The notes under the pieces were generated by a model, which worked only from the letters and a program-made list of their open reading frames with translations, had not been told where the DNA came from and did not search any database. From NCBI GenBank assembly GCA_016715465.1, contig JADKAA010000027.1, positions 1,548 to 65,547 of the forward strand: a stretch of 64,000 nucleotides of DNA, written 5' to 3'. Positions 11,412-21,874 of the stretch are shown here, piece after piece. The position numbers were made by a program, and so were the translations under genes. The stretch comes from Saprospiraceae bacterium. GTDB lineage: Bacteria > Bacteroidota > Bacteroidia > Chitinophagales > Saprospiraceae. The number at the start of each line of letters is the position of its first letter. Position 1 is the stretch's first letter.

Positions 11412-12632
11412 TCATTGTAGTATTTCCTTTAATCGCTGCATATCTTCTGATAGCTTTAAATCAGTAACCACCGCATAGATTTGAGTAACCTTTGTACTGC
11501 TATGTCCTAATACCTTCGAAATAGTTTCTAATCCTATTCCATTGGCAAGAGCTATGGTAGTGGCAAAAGTTCTTCTTCCCACATGGCTGGTAAGATTCTT
11601 GTTTATCTCACATAGTTCAGCAATCTCATGCAGATAACTGTTGAATTTTTGAATACAGAAACATGGTAAAAGTTTATCGCTTTCATTATCCCTGTACTTT
11701 TCAATAATTCTTAAAGCCTGTGGTAAAAGAGGGATTGCACTCCGGGTATCAGTTTTCTTCCTCCTGATTGAAATCCATTGATTGCTGTCTATTCCTTTTG
11801 AAATATCACCTTTAGTCAGTTTTGCCATATCACAAAAAGCTAATCCCGTATAACATTGAAATAGGAAAATATCTTTTGCAATTTGCAATCTTTGCAGTTT
11901 AAAAGATTTGGCCTCTATTGCCATTAATTCAGACTTTGACAAATAAACCCTATCCACTTCCTTGTAACTGGCTTTATAACCCTGAAAGGGGTTAGATTCA
12001 ATCCAGTTATTTGAAACAGCTACATTGAGTATTTTCTTCAAATTCTTGCAATACTTGGTAGTTGTATTATGATCGTTTTTATGGACTGATTTCAGGTAGT
12101 AATCAAATTCTGATATAAACCTATGGTTAAGTTCTTTCAGCCTAAAATCTGGCTTCTTATAGTGGTCTAAGAGGAAACTTTCAAGCCTTCTGGCTGTGAT
12201 GTCATACTTCTCATAAGTAGAGAAAGCAAAATCAATTCCTATCCGGGATTTAAAGTTCTCATTGTGGTACTTCACCAGTTGTAACAAAGTAATTGTTTGT
12301 TCATCTTTCCCCAAAAATCTGTCTGCTAACCTGTCCAAAGAAATATCCTCATTTAAAACCATATCCCTAAAAATGGACATGATTTTGGCTTTGGTTTCAT
12401 CAATGTACTGGTTAATCTGATTGGCTTCTTGGGTCTTAATTTTTACTCTGTATCTGGTTTTATCCCACTTGGATGGCTCTAAACTAAAGCCTGTACTAAA
12501 CTCTTTACGTTGCTGATTATAGCTTATCCGAAGCATTAAAGGAGCTACCCCTTTTTTGTTTATCCTGCTGCTTTTAAGCCAAAACAGGATGCTGACATTG
12601 TTTGCCATTTGGTAGGTTTTAAAAATGTCCAC
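11412..12632 (-). CDS. tyrosine site-specific integrase (Bacteroidetes type)
   Basis: 406 aa with SHVGRRTFATT, LGHSSTKVTQIYA (R..HxxR..Y catalytic pattern) and an N-terminal arm-type domain. Confidence 0.9.
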   Translation of the reverse strand: MDIFKTYQMANNVSILFWLKSSRINKKGVAPLMLRISYNQQRKEFSTGFSLEPSKWDKTRYRVKIKTQEANQINQYIDETKAKIMSIFRDMVLNEDISLDRLADRFLGKDEQTITLLQLVKYHNENFKSRIGIDFAFSTYEKYDITARRLESFLLDHYKKPDFRLKELNHRFISEFDYYLKSVHKNDHNTTTKYCKNLKKILNVAVSNNWIESNPFQGYKASYKEVDRVYLSKSELMAIEAKSFKLQRLQIAKDIFLFQCYTGLAFCDMAKLTKGDISKGIDSNQWISIRRKKTDTRSAIPLLPQALRIIEKYRDNESDKLLPCFCIQKFNSYLHEIAELCEINKNLTSHVGRRTFATTIALANGIGLETISKVLGHSSTKVTQIYAVVTDLKLSEDMQRLKEILQ

Positions 12633-12834
12633 CTATTCAGAGGTGGGTTAAACAATTGGGTTAATTGTTTCATTTCTATAACCTTTGACAATCTGTATTT
12701 TGAGCCTAAAAAGTGTACACCTGCTTCTTTAAGACTGTACACCAATCGGCCACCTTTGGCGTGCTTTATGCTATTAGCATTTTGCAGGTAAGAAAACAAA
12801 AAAGCCCTTAGAATTTGACTTCTAAAGGCTTTCC

Positions 12835-12893
12835 GCTCCCCCTGTTGGACTTGAACCAACGACCCTCTGATTAACAGTCAGAACTACCATCAC
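12835..12893 (-). tRNA. tRNA-Asn(GUU) 3' portion only (anticodon arm, variable loop, T-arm, acceptor 3' strand); not an intact gene
   Basis: The minus strand reads tctga-CTGTTAA-tcaga gggtc gttgg-ttcaagt-ccaac aggggga. The 5' acceptor strand (tccccct) and a pairing D-stem are absent upstream. Confidence 0.7.
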
Positions 12894-13044
12894 TACATGT
12901 TTTCTCTTGCCTATTCTTTATTTCATAACTATATGATATTCAATATTTATTTTTCTCTTATTTTCCTTTATTACTACATTATTTAGCAATTATTAGTATC
13001 TTTGAGGTCACATTTGAGGTCACATTGAACCCGATGTAGTAATT

Positions 13045-14265
13045 ATGGAACAGGAAAAAGTAACCGTCAGTTTCTTTCTCGATGCCAGTCGCCCCAATTC
13101 AGAAGGCAAGTGTTTAATCAAACTCAATATCTACCAGCGGCCTATCAAAAAGCGGTATGCTACAAAGTACCATGCCACCCAGGAGGAATGGAAAAAGATC
13201 AATGCCTCTAACCTGCGGGATGAAGACCTCAAGAAGATCAAGAAAGGCCTTCATGATATTTCCTCCAAAGCGGAAAAGGTGATTGCCAAGCTGGTACCCT
13301 TTTCATTTGTTGCATTTGAAGAAGCCTTTTTCAATAAGGAAGCTGCCAAACACAGCACTACCCTTAAATACTGGTTTGATAAATACATTGAACACTTGAA
13401 ACACACAGGGCAAATAGGCACTGCTATTTCTTACAACACTACGCTGAACTCCATCAATGATTTCCGGAAAAACCTCAGCCTGCATGATATTACACCGGCG
13501 CTGCTGAACGATTACGAAAATCACCTGCTTAAAAATGGCAAGTCCATCAGCACAGTAGGCATTTACATGCGCCAGCTTCGGGCCATCATTAACCAGGCTA
13601 TTGATGCCAATGTGATTTCATCCGATAAGTACCCGTTCAAAAAGTACCAGAGTCCCGCCGGGCGCAATATCAAAAAAGCGTTGAGTGAGGCTGACCTGAA
13701 CAAGCTGCTTGCTTATAAACCCACCACAGCAGATAAGCAAAAGGCAATTGATTTTTGGCTGTTTTCTTACCTGTGTAATGGAATGAACTTCGCTGACATT
13801 ATCGAACTCAAACCCGATAACATCAGCGGCAACTTTTTGCATTTCATCAGGGCAAAAACCAAACGCACCAAGAAGAAAGACCTTCGCCCTATTCGTGTAG
13901 GTCTTAATGCCAGGGCTCTTGAAATTATCAGTCGTCAGAAAAACACAGACCCTGCCAATCCATATTTATTCCCCATATTGGAAGAAGGATTAACGCCATT
14001 AACGGTGAAACACCGCTGCCAGCGTTTTATCAAATGGGTAAACAACAAGATGGAAAGCATCCGCAAGGAATTGGAAATTGAACAAAAGATAGGAACTTAT
14101 TCAGCCCGTCACTCTTTCTCCACTGTATTGAAGCGCAAAGGTGTTTCCACTGAGTTCATCAAAGAATCACTGGGGCACAGTTCCTTGGTTACCACCGAAA
14201 ATTATTTAGATAGCTTTACAGATGATGTGAAGCTGCAATATGCAAACCTGTTAACCCAACTATGA
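13045..14265 (+). CDS. tyrosine site-specific integrase
   Basis: 406 aa with ARHSFSTVL and LGHSSLVTTENYL. A SAM-like core-binding region is present (TISTVGIYMRQLRAIIN). Confidence 0.9.
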   Translation: MEQEKVTVSFFLDASRPNSEGKCLIKLNIYQRPIKKRYATKYHATQEEWKKINASNLRDEDLKKIKKGLHDISSKAEKVIAKLVPFSFVAFEEAFFNKEAAKHSTTLKYWFDKYIEHLKHTGQIGTAISYNTTLNSINDFRKNLSLHDITPALLNDYENHLLKNGKSISTVGIYMRQLRAIINQAIDANVISSDKYPFKKYQSPAGRNIKKALSEADLNKLLAYKPTTADKQKAIDFWLFSYLCNGMNFADIIELKPDNISGNFLHFIRAKTKRTKKKDLRPIRVGLNARALEIISRQKNTDPANPYLFPILEEGLTPLTVKHRCQRFIKWVNNKMESIRKELEIEQKIGTYSARHSFSTVLKRKGVSTEFIKESLGHSSLVTTENYLDSFTDDVKLQYANLLTQL

Positions 14266-15758
14266 TAAAATTCACAATCCTCAACAGCATTCTTAATGGC
14301 GACCTAATTCCCTGGCTAAACGCTAACGAACAGGTTGTCGGTAAAATTGATCCATGCTATTTAAAAGCGACTGCCTCAGTGCCGGTTAACGATACAGAGT
14401 TGCATGAGCAGGTAGCAACATTAGTTCAACCCTTTCCGATTTTATCAGACTATTTAAAGACGCATACCCCGGCATATCCATCAAAACTAATTCCATCATT
14501 TTATTCCATTAGGCTTCCACAGCATACAGATACTTTTACTGCATATTACTATTTGACTTTCCGGCAGGAAACGCTTCGATTGTTCAATCTCATCATCAAC
14601 AAATACAGTGAAATGGATGATGAAATGAAATCGTTCCTGGTGAATGAAAATCTAAAAGAATTAAAATATCTGGCTTTATCTCTCACGGAAAAAATGAATG
14701 AAAGAGGATTTACCCAAACTCCCAATCCTCACTCAGAGCCTGTTCTATATGCATTATATGTAGCACGATATTTTGTGATACATCTGTTCTTTGAACTACA
14801 GGAATTATTTGCCGATGTTGTGAAGTCGCCAGTAATTCCAAAAGCTTTCTTTCAAACCTTTTTAAAAGAATTGTACAATGAAGACTATTTGAATCCCGCC
14901 TGGGCATTCTATGAGTTCAGATTAATGTTTTACATTGATAACAATCTCTTTTCATATGAATCAGTCAGGAAAATATTTGATCAGCTAAAAGCAGAAAAAA
15001 GCCTGGAACAAAAAGAACAGGTAGTGGCTAAATATGAAAATGCAATCTACCTGCATTTACTTGGCCATAATCCGGCCGAAATTCAAAACCTGTTAAATAA
15101 TACGTTAGTATCTGAGCTATTCAATCATCAAAAGACGACTATTCAAAACAGGTTAAACAGCCTTTCACTTGGGTTGGATAGGCTTGATCTTGTTAATGAT
15201 GAATTGAACAAATTGTATTATACAGACACAACCACAAAAAATCATCATTCAGTCCCTTCACTGCTTTACCATTGGTTAACAACACAGGCAACCGTCTACA
15301 CCAATGCTGCCAGTAATGTTTTTACAGCCGTTGCAGCGAAAGAATCAGGCACAGAACCCAAAGTAATTATACAGAAAATTAATGTCGAGGAACAAAAAGC
15401 TACGGCATACCGGCATCTTGCTTTCTTTCAGGGCGTAAATGCGCAGAACGAAAAAATAATGACCGCAGACCAGTTTCAAAAACTTATTACAGCAGTTAAT
15501 TCTCTGATTGAATTTAACCTTGTACCTGCAATAGAGAAACCTTTACCACAAATTAACCTGCCTACAAACTACATCCGCTACACATTTTATTTATTGCACA
15601 AAAGCCTTTATACTTCTAAAGCAATCCGTGATACCTGGATCAATTTCCTGCATGATATGTTTGCTCAGTTTGGTAACGCAGAAAGAAAGACAACAAAAAC
15701 AAAATTCTCTGAAAAGCCCCCTCTTTACGATACTGACTTACAACAGTTTAAAAAGTAA
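14262..15758 (+). CDS. hypothetical protein of the integrative-element backbone
   Basis: 498-aa ORF. Its ATG overlaps the integrase TGA (ATGA). No recognisable motif. Confidence 0.5.
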   Translation: MIKFTILNSILNGDLIPWLNANEQVVGKIDPCYLKATASVPVNDTELHEQVATLVQPFPILSDYLKTHTPAYPSKLIPSFYSIRLPQHTDTFTAYYYLTFRQETLRLFNLIINKYSEMDDEMKSFLVNENLKELKYLALSLTEKMNERGFTQTPNPHSEPVLYALYVARYFVIHLFFELQELFADVVKSPVIPKAFFQTFLKELYNEDYLNPAWAFYEFRLMFYIDNNLFSYESVRKIFDQLKAEKSLEQKEQVVAKYENAIYLHLLGHNPAEIQNLLNNTLVSELFNHQKTTIQNRLNSLSLGLDRLDLVNDELNKLYYTDTTTKNHHSVPSLLYHWLTTQATVYTNAASNVFTAVAAKESGTEPKVIIQKINVEEQKATAYRHLAFFQGVNAQNEKIMTADQFQKLITAVNSLIEFNLVPAIEKPLPQINLPTNYIRYTFYLLHKSLYTSKAIRDTWINFLHDMFAQFGNAERKTTKTKFSEKPPLYDTDLQQFKK

Positions 15759-15847
15759 TTATGGTAAAGTAATATTACCGCTGTTTCACCTTTCCCTTAC
15801 TTGCTCTTTTTGTTTTCGAGTCCTGACAAAACAGGATTCCGAAAACA

Positions 15848-16144
15848 ATGAATACAGATAATTTAATCCTCGACAAGCTCACCGAAATTGCTAACAAGCT
15901 GGATGAGCAAAACCTGTTACAAAAAGCAACCCTCAATTTCAACGAGGCTTGTAAGTACCTTGACGTAAGCCCCTCCCACCTCTACAAGCTTACCAGTACA
16001 AAACAAATTCCCCATTTCTGCCCCCAGGGTAAAAAACTCTACTTCAAAAGAGAAGAACTCGATGCCTGGCTGCAGCGCAACCGCCAGAGCGCCGATGAAA
16101 GTACCGATGCTGCCGACCTCGTTATGCGCAGCCGCAGAAGCTAA
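15848..16144 (+). CDS. excisionase/MerR-type helix-turn-helix DNA-binding protein
   Basis: 98 aa; LNFNEACKYLDVSPSHLYKLTSTKQIPHFCPQGKKLYFKREELDAWL is a typical HTH_17 (Xis-like) pattern. Confidence 0.7.
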   Translation: MNTDNLILDKLTEIANKLDEQNLLQKATLNFNEACKYLDVSPSHLYKLTSTKQIPHFCPQGKKLYFKREELDAWLQRNRQSADESTDAADLVMRSRRS

Positions 16145-16175
16145 CCCTTTGTTTAACATTTTAAAGAACTGTAGA

Positions 16176-18488
16176 ATGGCATCAGTAACACTATTTAAAC
16201 ATTTCAGTACACCGGTTGAGGATGTTTCTTTGATCATTCTTTCCAATTGGCTGGCATCTGACAAATACAAAAAGCAGGTAGAAGAAATTCGGGACATGTT
16301 TGCACAGGGCAAAAAAGAAGAAGCCCAGGCATTGAAGCAGCAGCTACCTGCCTTTACTCCATCCGCAACCTTTAAGGAAAAGCGGTTGCTGCCGAATATG
16401 GAGCAATACAGCGGCTTCGTACATCTGGACTTTGATAAACTGCAACCACAGCAACTGGAAGCAGCTTTTAAAACCGTCAGCGAGCTACCCTTCACATTTC
16501 TATGCTTTAGAAGCCCCAGCGGTATTGGGCTCAAAGTGTTTGTGGAAGTAACCACCGGCCCTGAACACCACGAAACCGCTTACCGGCAGGTAAAAGAGTA
16601 CTATGAAAAGGCAACCGGCCTAAAGGCCGATGAAAAATGTAAAGACATCACAAGACTTTGCTTTGTGAGTCACGACCCGGATCTGTACAAGAATATTAGC
16701 AACCAAAAGTTTCAGATAATGGATGTGCCGTTATCTGTGTCAACATCTGGTATATCAGTAACAAAGCCCACTATACAGGATAATCCTGAGCAGGATAACT
16801 ATCTGTTCAGGTTCCAGCAACAAATAACATTCACCAATCAAAAAATGGAATACACAAATGGAAACCGTAACAATTATATGTATCTGCTGGCATCAAATTG
16901 CAACCGTGCCGGTATTCCCGAGCAGGACACTTTGGTGCTATGTCTGCAACAGTTTGACCTTTCTGAAAAGGAAATAAGAGCTTCCGTCCGCAGTGCCTTT
17001 ATGCACCACAAACAGGAACATGCAAAGTTTGCAAACGCAGCAAACTTGCAAATACCGGAACAGCAGGAAACAGAAGATTACCTCAAAAACACCCCTTCCA
17101 TTACTGAAGAATTGTATAACCACATGCCCGACCTGTTACAGGAAGGCGCAAGAGCCTTTACCGATGCCAGGGAAAGGGATGTGTTTCTTACCGGGGCCTT
17201 AGCCATCCTCAGCGGATGCCTGCCCGGTGTAAAAGGAGTATATGCAGGTAATGAAGTATTTCCTAACCTCTTTTCATTCGCCATAGCACCCGCCGCCAGC
17301 GGCAAGGGAGCCTTGAAGTTTGCCAAGATGATGGCCGATGAATACCACAGCATGGTACTGCGTTCAAGCAAAGAATCAGAACAGCAGTACAACCAGCAGG
17401 TGGCAGAACATAAACAGAAAATGTTTGGCAAAAAGAATCAAACTGCACCACCTGAAGAACCACCGGCAAAACCTCCCTTTCGGGTAGTATATATTCCGGC
17501 CAATACCAGCTATGCCAAAATCCTTTGGCACATGGAGCAGAATGAGGGCACCGGCATTATTTGTGAAACCGAAGCCGACACATTGGGCAATGTGTTCAAA
17601 CAGGAATGGGGCTCTTATTCTGATATGCTCCGCAAATCCTTCCACCACGTAAGATTGGCCAGCTCTCGTAAAGGCAATAATGAGTTTACCGAAGTAAACA
17701 CACCCAGCCTGTCCATTGCTTTATCCGGTACACCCAACCAGGTTACTGGATTAATCGCTTCATCTGAAGATGGCCTTTTCAGCCGCTTTATGTTCTATGC
17801 CTTCAAAGTAGAGCAGCAATGGAAAGATGTTTCACCCAATGCACACAGCATTAACCTGACAGAGCATTTCAAAAACTTATCCTACCGGGTGTACAGAATG
17901 GTTTTATTCCTTCAAAAGGAAGAAACAACCATAACGCTAACATCAGAGCAGTGGCAGCAGCTTAACCAAACCTGCGAAGCTTGGTTACAGGAAGTAACGA
18001 TGTTCACCGCCGAAGAAGCCGCCAGTATCGTAAAACGGCTGGGCCTTATCTTGTTTCGCATGGCCATGCTTTTTACAACTCTTCGCAAATTTGAAATGAG
18101 CCACCAAAATAATAACTACAATACTGGCTCATTCGATGCCACCACTGGAGAAATTTATGAATATCGGCATCAAAACGGTGAATCTGCTACAAAACTTGAA
18201 TGTACCAACGAGGATTTCAGCACCGCCCTTCAACTGGCAGGCATTTATCTCCAGCACAGCCTGCTCATGTTCAATAACCTCCCCAAGCAATCCGAATCCA
18301 CCCATTTCAAAGCCGGAGGCAACAAACGTCAATTCTTTGAAGCCCTGCCGCAGGAGTTCACCCGACACCAGGCCGTGGATCTGGGCAAAACCTTTGACCT
18401 GGCAACCCGTACGGTTGACGACCTGCTCCGCAACGGTTTGGGCAAACTGCTTGACAAGCCCAAACCTGGTCTCTACCGTAAGTTGTAA
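16176..18488 (+). CDS. primase-like / DUF3987-type replication protein of an integrative element
   Basis: The start is taken at the in-frame ATG at 16176 (MASVTLFKHF...). The N-terminal BT4734-like region includes VHLDFD and ITRLCFVSHDP. The C-terminal half resembles DUF3987. Confidence 0.65.
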   Translation: MASVTLFKHFSTPVEDVSLIILSNWLASDKYKKQVEEIRDMFAQGKKEEAQALKQQLPAFTPSATFKEKRLLPNMEQYSGFVHLDFDKLQPQQLEAAFKTVSELPFTFLCFRSPSGIGLKVFVEVTTGPEHHETAYRQVKEYYEKATGLKADEKCKDITRLCFVSHDPDLYKNISNQKFQIMDVPLSVSTSGISVTKPTIQDNPEQDNYLFRFQQQITFTNQKMEYTNGNRNNYMYLLASNCNRAGIPEQDTLVLCLQQFDLSEKEIRASVRSAFMHHKQEHAKFANAANLQIPEQQETEDYLKNTPSITEELYNHMPDLLQEGARAFTDARERDVFLTGALAILSGCLPGVKGVYAGNEVFPNLFSFAIAPAASGKGALKFAKMMADEYHSMVLRSSKESEQQYNQQVAEHKQKMFGKKNQTAPPEEPPAKPPFRVVYIPANTSYAKILWHMEQNEGTGIICETEADTLGNVFKQEWGSYSDMLRKSFHHVRLASSRKGNNEFTEVNTPSLSIALSGTPNQVTGLIASSEDGLFSRFMFYAFKVEQQWKDVSPNAHSINLTEHFKNLSYRVYRMVLFLQKEETTITLTSEQWQQLNQTCEAWLQEVTMFTAEEAASIVKRLGLILFRMAMLFTTLRKFEMSHQNNNYNTGSFDATTGEIYEYRHQNGESATKLECTNEDFSTALQLAGIYLQHSLLMFNNLPKQSESTHFKAGGNKRQFFEALPQEFTRHQAVDLGKTFDLATRTVDDLLRNGLGKLLDKPKPGLYRKL

Positions 18489-18500
18489 CCTTACACCCAC

Positions 18501-18545
18501 TTTGCAAAGTTTGCAATGTTTGCAAACTTTGCAGCCTTTGCAATT
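18501..18545. repeat. five in-phase 9-bp tandem repeats, TTTGCAnnn (iteron- or operator-like)
   Basis: The units are tttgcaaag tttgcaatg tttgcaaac tttgcagcc tttgcaatt. The core TTTGCAAA is palindromic. Confidence 0.85.
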
Positions 18546-18711
18546 TCGTCGCTCATGCCCTCAAAACCGTCCTTTGTATGTCAGGCTGAATTCTTGCATT
18601 TCTCTTTTTTTATCAGGTTATTTCCTGCCTTTCTTTTTTCATCTTCCCATAAGTAATAATACCTTCTTATTATTGTTTATGTTTGCCAATATTTGACAAG
18701 TCAACAAATAA

Positions 18712-19020
18712 ATGATGGATAGCCAATTTGGGGAGAAAATACGGGCACTCAGAGAAAAACAAAATCTGTATTTACGACAGGTAGCCCCATTGCTCGAAAT
18801 GGATACAGCCCAACTGAGCAAAATCGAAAAAGGTACCCGGCAACTCAAAAGAGAGCAAATACCCATTATAGCAAATATTCTGAAAACCGATGCTGATGAA
18901 TTACTCACTCTTTGGTTAGCCGACCAGCTTTATGCTGTGGTAAAAGGTGAGAAATTGGCAAATCAAGCCATACAGGTAACAGAGAAGAAATTAAACCTTA
19001 GAAAAAGTAGAAATGACTAA
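18712..19020 (+). CDS. XRE-family HTH transcriptional regulator
   Basis: 102 aa; IRALREKQNLYLRQVAPLLEMDTAQLSKIEKGTR. Its 3' end overlaps the SNF2 helicase start by 8 nt. Confidence 0.8.
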   Translation: MMDSQFGEKIRALREKQNLYLRQVAPLLEMDTAQLSKIEKGTRQLKREQIPIIANILKTDADELLTLWLADQLYAVVKGEKLANQAIQVTEKKLNLRKSRND

Positions 19021-21862
19021 CAAGAATCTTAAACCCGGCATAATCGTTAACATGCGAAACCGTTTATGGAGGATAGATGAATTTGATGGTATTGAGGTAG
19101 TGGCTACTCCTATTACAGGCGATTCAAATGACCAAAGGGTATTTTTAGCAGATGTAGAAAATATAAAGGAGGAAAGATTTGAAAAAATAAACGCTGAACT
19201 ACCTGGTGATTTATCAGCACAGCGTTTGTTATTGAGAGCATACCAGTTTGATTTGATACACGGTTCTGCTCCCTTTCTTAGTTTGCATCGCTCTTCCGTA
19301 GTGCCATACAATTACCAAATGGTGCCGCTGGTACTGGCTCTTGAAAAACCCAATACGAGAATGTTAATTGGCGATGATGTGGGTTTGGGTAAGACAGTAG
19401 AAGCAGGACTTATTATTTCGGAATTAATACAAAGAGGTAAAATAAAAAGAGTAGTCTTCCTTACACCTGCCAACCTAAAACAACAGTGGAAAGAAGCACT
19501 CGATTATTTCTTCCACATTAAGGCAACAATTATTGATTCATTTTCCCGGAAAGAGTTTGAAAAAGAATTACCTGCTGGTGCAAATCCCTGGCAATATTTT
19601 CAATTTGTGATTGCATCCGTGGATTATGCAAAGTCTCCCGACATAAAACAGCAAATACAGGAACAACCCTGGGATTTACTATTGGTGGATGAAATACATT
19701 TATGTGCAAGACCCCATAGCAATGTAAAGGCAAGCAAGCAACAAAAGCGTTATGAGTTGGTAAAAGACCTCAGCAAAAAAATTGAAAATGTCTTGTTTTT
19801 AACAGCTACTCCGCACAATGGCTATTCCGATTCATTTGCCAGTATTCTGGAAATGATTAACCCTGAAATTGTTCGGTATAGTGGAAACGGATCTATCACA
19901 TTCGACAAGTCAAATGCTCGTTACAATGTTATTCAGCGTAACCGGAAGAAACTAGAAGCCTGGTACGAAAAACAAGGAAAAAAATCTCCCTTCCCACAAC
20001 GGGATCAAAAAGAAGTTATCATTGATCCAAAGCCAAACGGAAAACTCATTCAATTACTGGATGCTGTTGAACGCTATGGTGATTTCATTCTAAAATCAGC
20101 GAAAGAAAAAGACTCTAAGAAAGTACGAAACATAGCCAATTGGGTAGCCATCCATTTGCAAAAGAGAGCCATCAGTTCGCCTTATGCAGTTTTGAAATCA
20201 TTGGAGAACAGGATTTCCACCATTGAAAATAAAGTTGACAACCTGAGCGAAAGCGAAGAAGAAACCCTCGAAAACTATGTGTATGATTTGTTTTCTGATG
20301 ATGAACGTATATCAGAGGAAATGGCTTCACTCCGTCTGGACTTTGAAGCATTAAGCCAGGATGAAATTACAGAACTGAAACGCATTATTGAGTTCGGTGA
20401 AACACTGACTCCAAAGGATGATGAAAAATTACAGAAACTTAAAAATGATATACTGCCGGAGTTAATTGCCAAAGACCCGAAAGTTATCCTGTTTACCAAG
20501 TACAAAGACACTTTAGATTACCTGGAAAAGAATCTCAAAACAAAAGACTTTGAAATTTTTGTGATGCATGGCGATATGAGCCTGAATGCCAGAACAGAAA
20601 TCTTTGGAAAATTTGACCGTGCCAAAAAAGCTATTCTTATTGCAACGGATGTAATTTCTGAAGGGTTGAACCTGCAACGCCTTGCCTCTAATGTGGTACA
20701 TTATGAATTACCCTGGAATCCAAATCGCTTAGAACAACGAAATGGCCGTGTGGACAGGATTGGTCAAAAAAGAGACATCGTTAATATCCGGACATTGGTA
20801 GTTGACAAATCAATGGATAAAGAAATATTGGATTTGTTGCTGGAAAAACAAAGAACTATTGAAATGGACCGTGACTATTCGGCCGCTTATTTTGGCGATG
20901 AGGAGTCGTTAAAGAGTATTGTCCTTGAAGCCTCTGCCAAAAAGAAGAGCAAAAAGAAAGCTGTTGACCCCAACATGCCAGACCTGTTTTCTGCTGCTGG
21001 TTTGGAAGAAACTAAAAAAGCGGTACGCCAGGCATTTAGTTCCCCGGAGGAGGACAGAAAACGTAAGAAGAAAATCGAGGAAGAATCATTCTATAGCAGC
21101 CTGGATATTGAGTTGCCTGAAATTGATAAAAGAATTGAAGAAACCAAACGTATCGTTGGTTCACAGGAAGAAGTTTTGTCCTTTGTAAAGTCAGCATTAG
21201 CCCGGTTTAATTCAGCACTGATTGATAAAGGCTCTGGTTTTTATGAAATAAGTATCAACGATCCAAAGCTGATCCTGCAACGATTTGGCAATACCATTAA
21301 GAAAGTAACCTTCGACCCCGAATTGGCATTGACTCATCCGGACGCTGTCATCTTGGATGCCGGGCATCCTTTCATTCGTAAAATGATTGAACTGGTTAAG
21401 GCAGCATTTTTTACCAATAAAGGTTTATATGGCCGTAACGCCTATTTCTTCTCTGCTGAAGCGGAAGCCGTAACATGGCAATATAATTTCCTTGTTCGTT
21501 TTACAGTTGGATTAAAAGAAAAAAGGGTAATTGAGGAGTTGATCACCATTAATGTGGATAGCTATTCAGAAAAAGCTATTCCAAATAAGAGTTTTACGGC
21601 AGCTCAAACCACCCGGAATTGATCCCAATCCGATTTAACAGAACAAATAAATGAAGCACTGGCCTTCAAAGGGCTGGATAAACTGGTGCAAGAAAAAATA
21701 AAGGAACGCAGGTTTAAACTGATTGAGGAAAGGCAGGAGTTGTACAATAAAATTTTGATAGAAAGTAAAGATGCAAAACAACCAGCCTGGTTAAATGACA
21801 TTATTCATATAGAGGAAGCGGGACATGATTTGTTAACCCTAACTATTATTCAACCGCTTTAA
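19013..21862 (+). CDS. SNF2-family helicase (DISARM DrmD-like) with an in-frame TGA at 21620-21622
   Basis: Contains GDDVGLGKT, LLLVDEIHLC, LFLTATPHNG and helicase-C NPNRLEQRNGRVDRIGQ. About 80 further sense codons continue in the same frame to the TAA at 21860-21862. Confidence 0.8.
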
Positions 21863-21874
21863 TTATACAACAGC

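Larger units (their letters stand above)
9178..12834. mobile_element. about 3.7 kb integrase-bearing islet bounded by the tRNA-derived direct repeats
   Basis: The repeats lie at 9145-9177 and 12835-12868, and the integrase 11412-12632 sits at the right end. Confidence 0.65.

Noticed and set aside
12835-12905. Possible intact tRNA-Asn gene on the minus strand
   Set aside because: The anticodon arm, T-arm and 3' acceptor strand are present. No complementary 5' acceptor strand (tccccct) or pairing D-stem exists in the upstream sequence, so I call it a fragment or att site rather than a gene.
15917-18500. Long antisense ORFs inside the primase gene (15917-16555, 17078-17431, 17376-17648, 18129-18500), and similar shadow ORFs inside accC, the methyltransferase and the helicases
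   Set aside because: They lie fully within, and antisense or out of frame to, strongly supported genes. They have biased low-complexity composition and no motifs, so they are typical shadow ORFs.
18501-18545. CRISPR-like array
   Set aside because: The units are only 9 bp long, have no spacers and have no cas genes nearby. This is a tandem iteron- or operator-type repeat. I saw no CRISPR array anywhere in the window.
21620-21622. TGA recoded as Trp or Sec (alternative genetic code), given in-frame TGAs at 21620 and 61090
   Set aside because: Many well-supported genes in the window terminate at TGA, including ATGA stop-start overlaps. No SECIS-like context is evident. Nonsense mutation or base-call error is more parsimonious.
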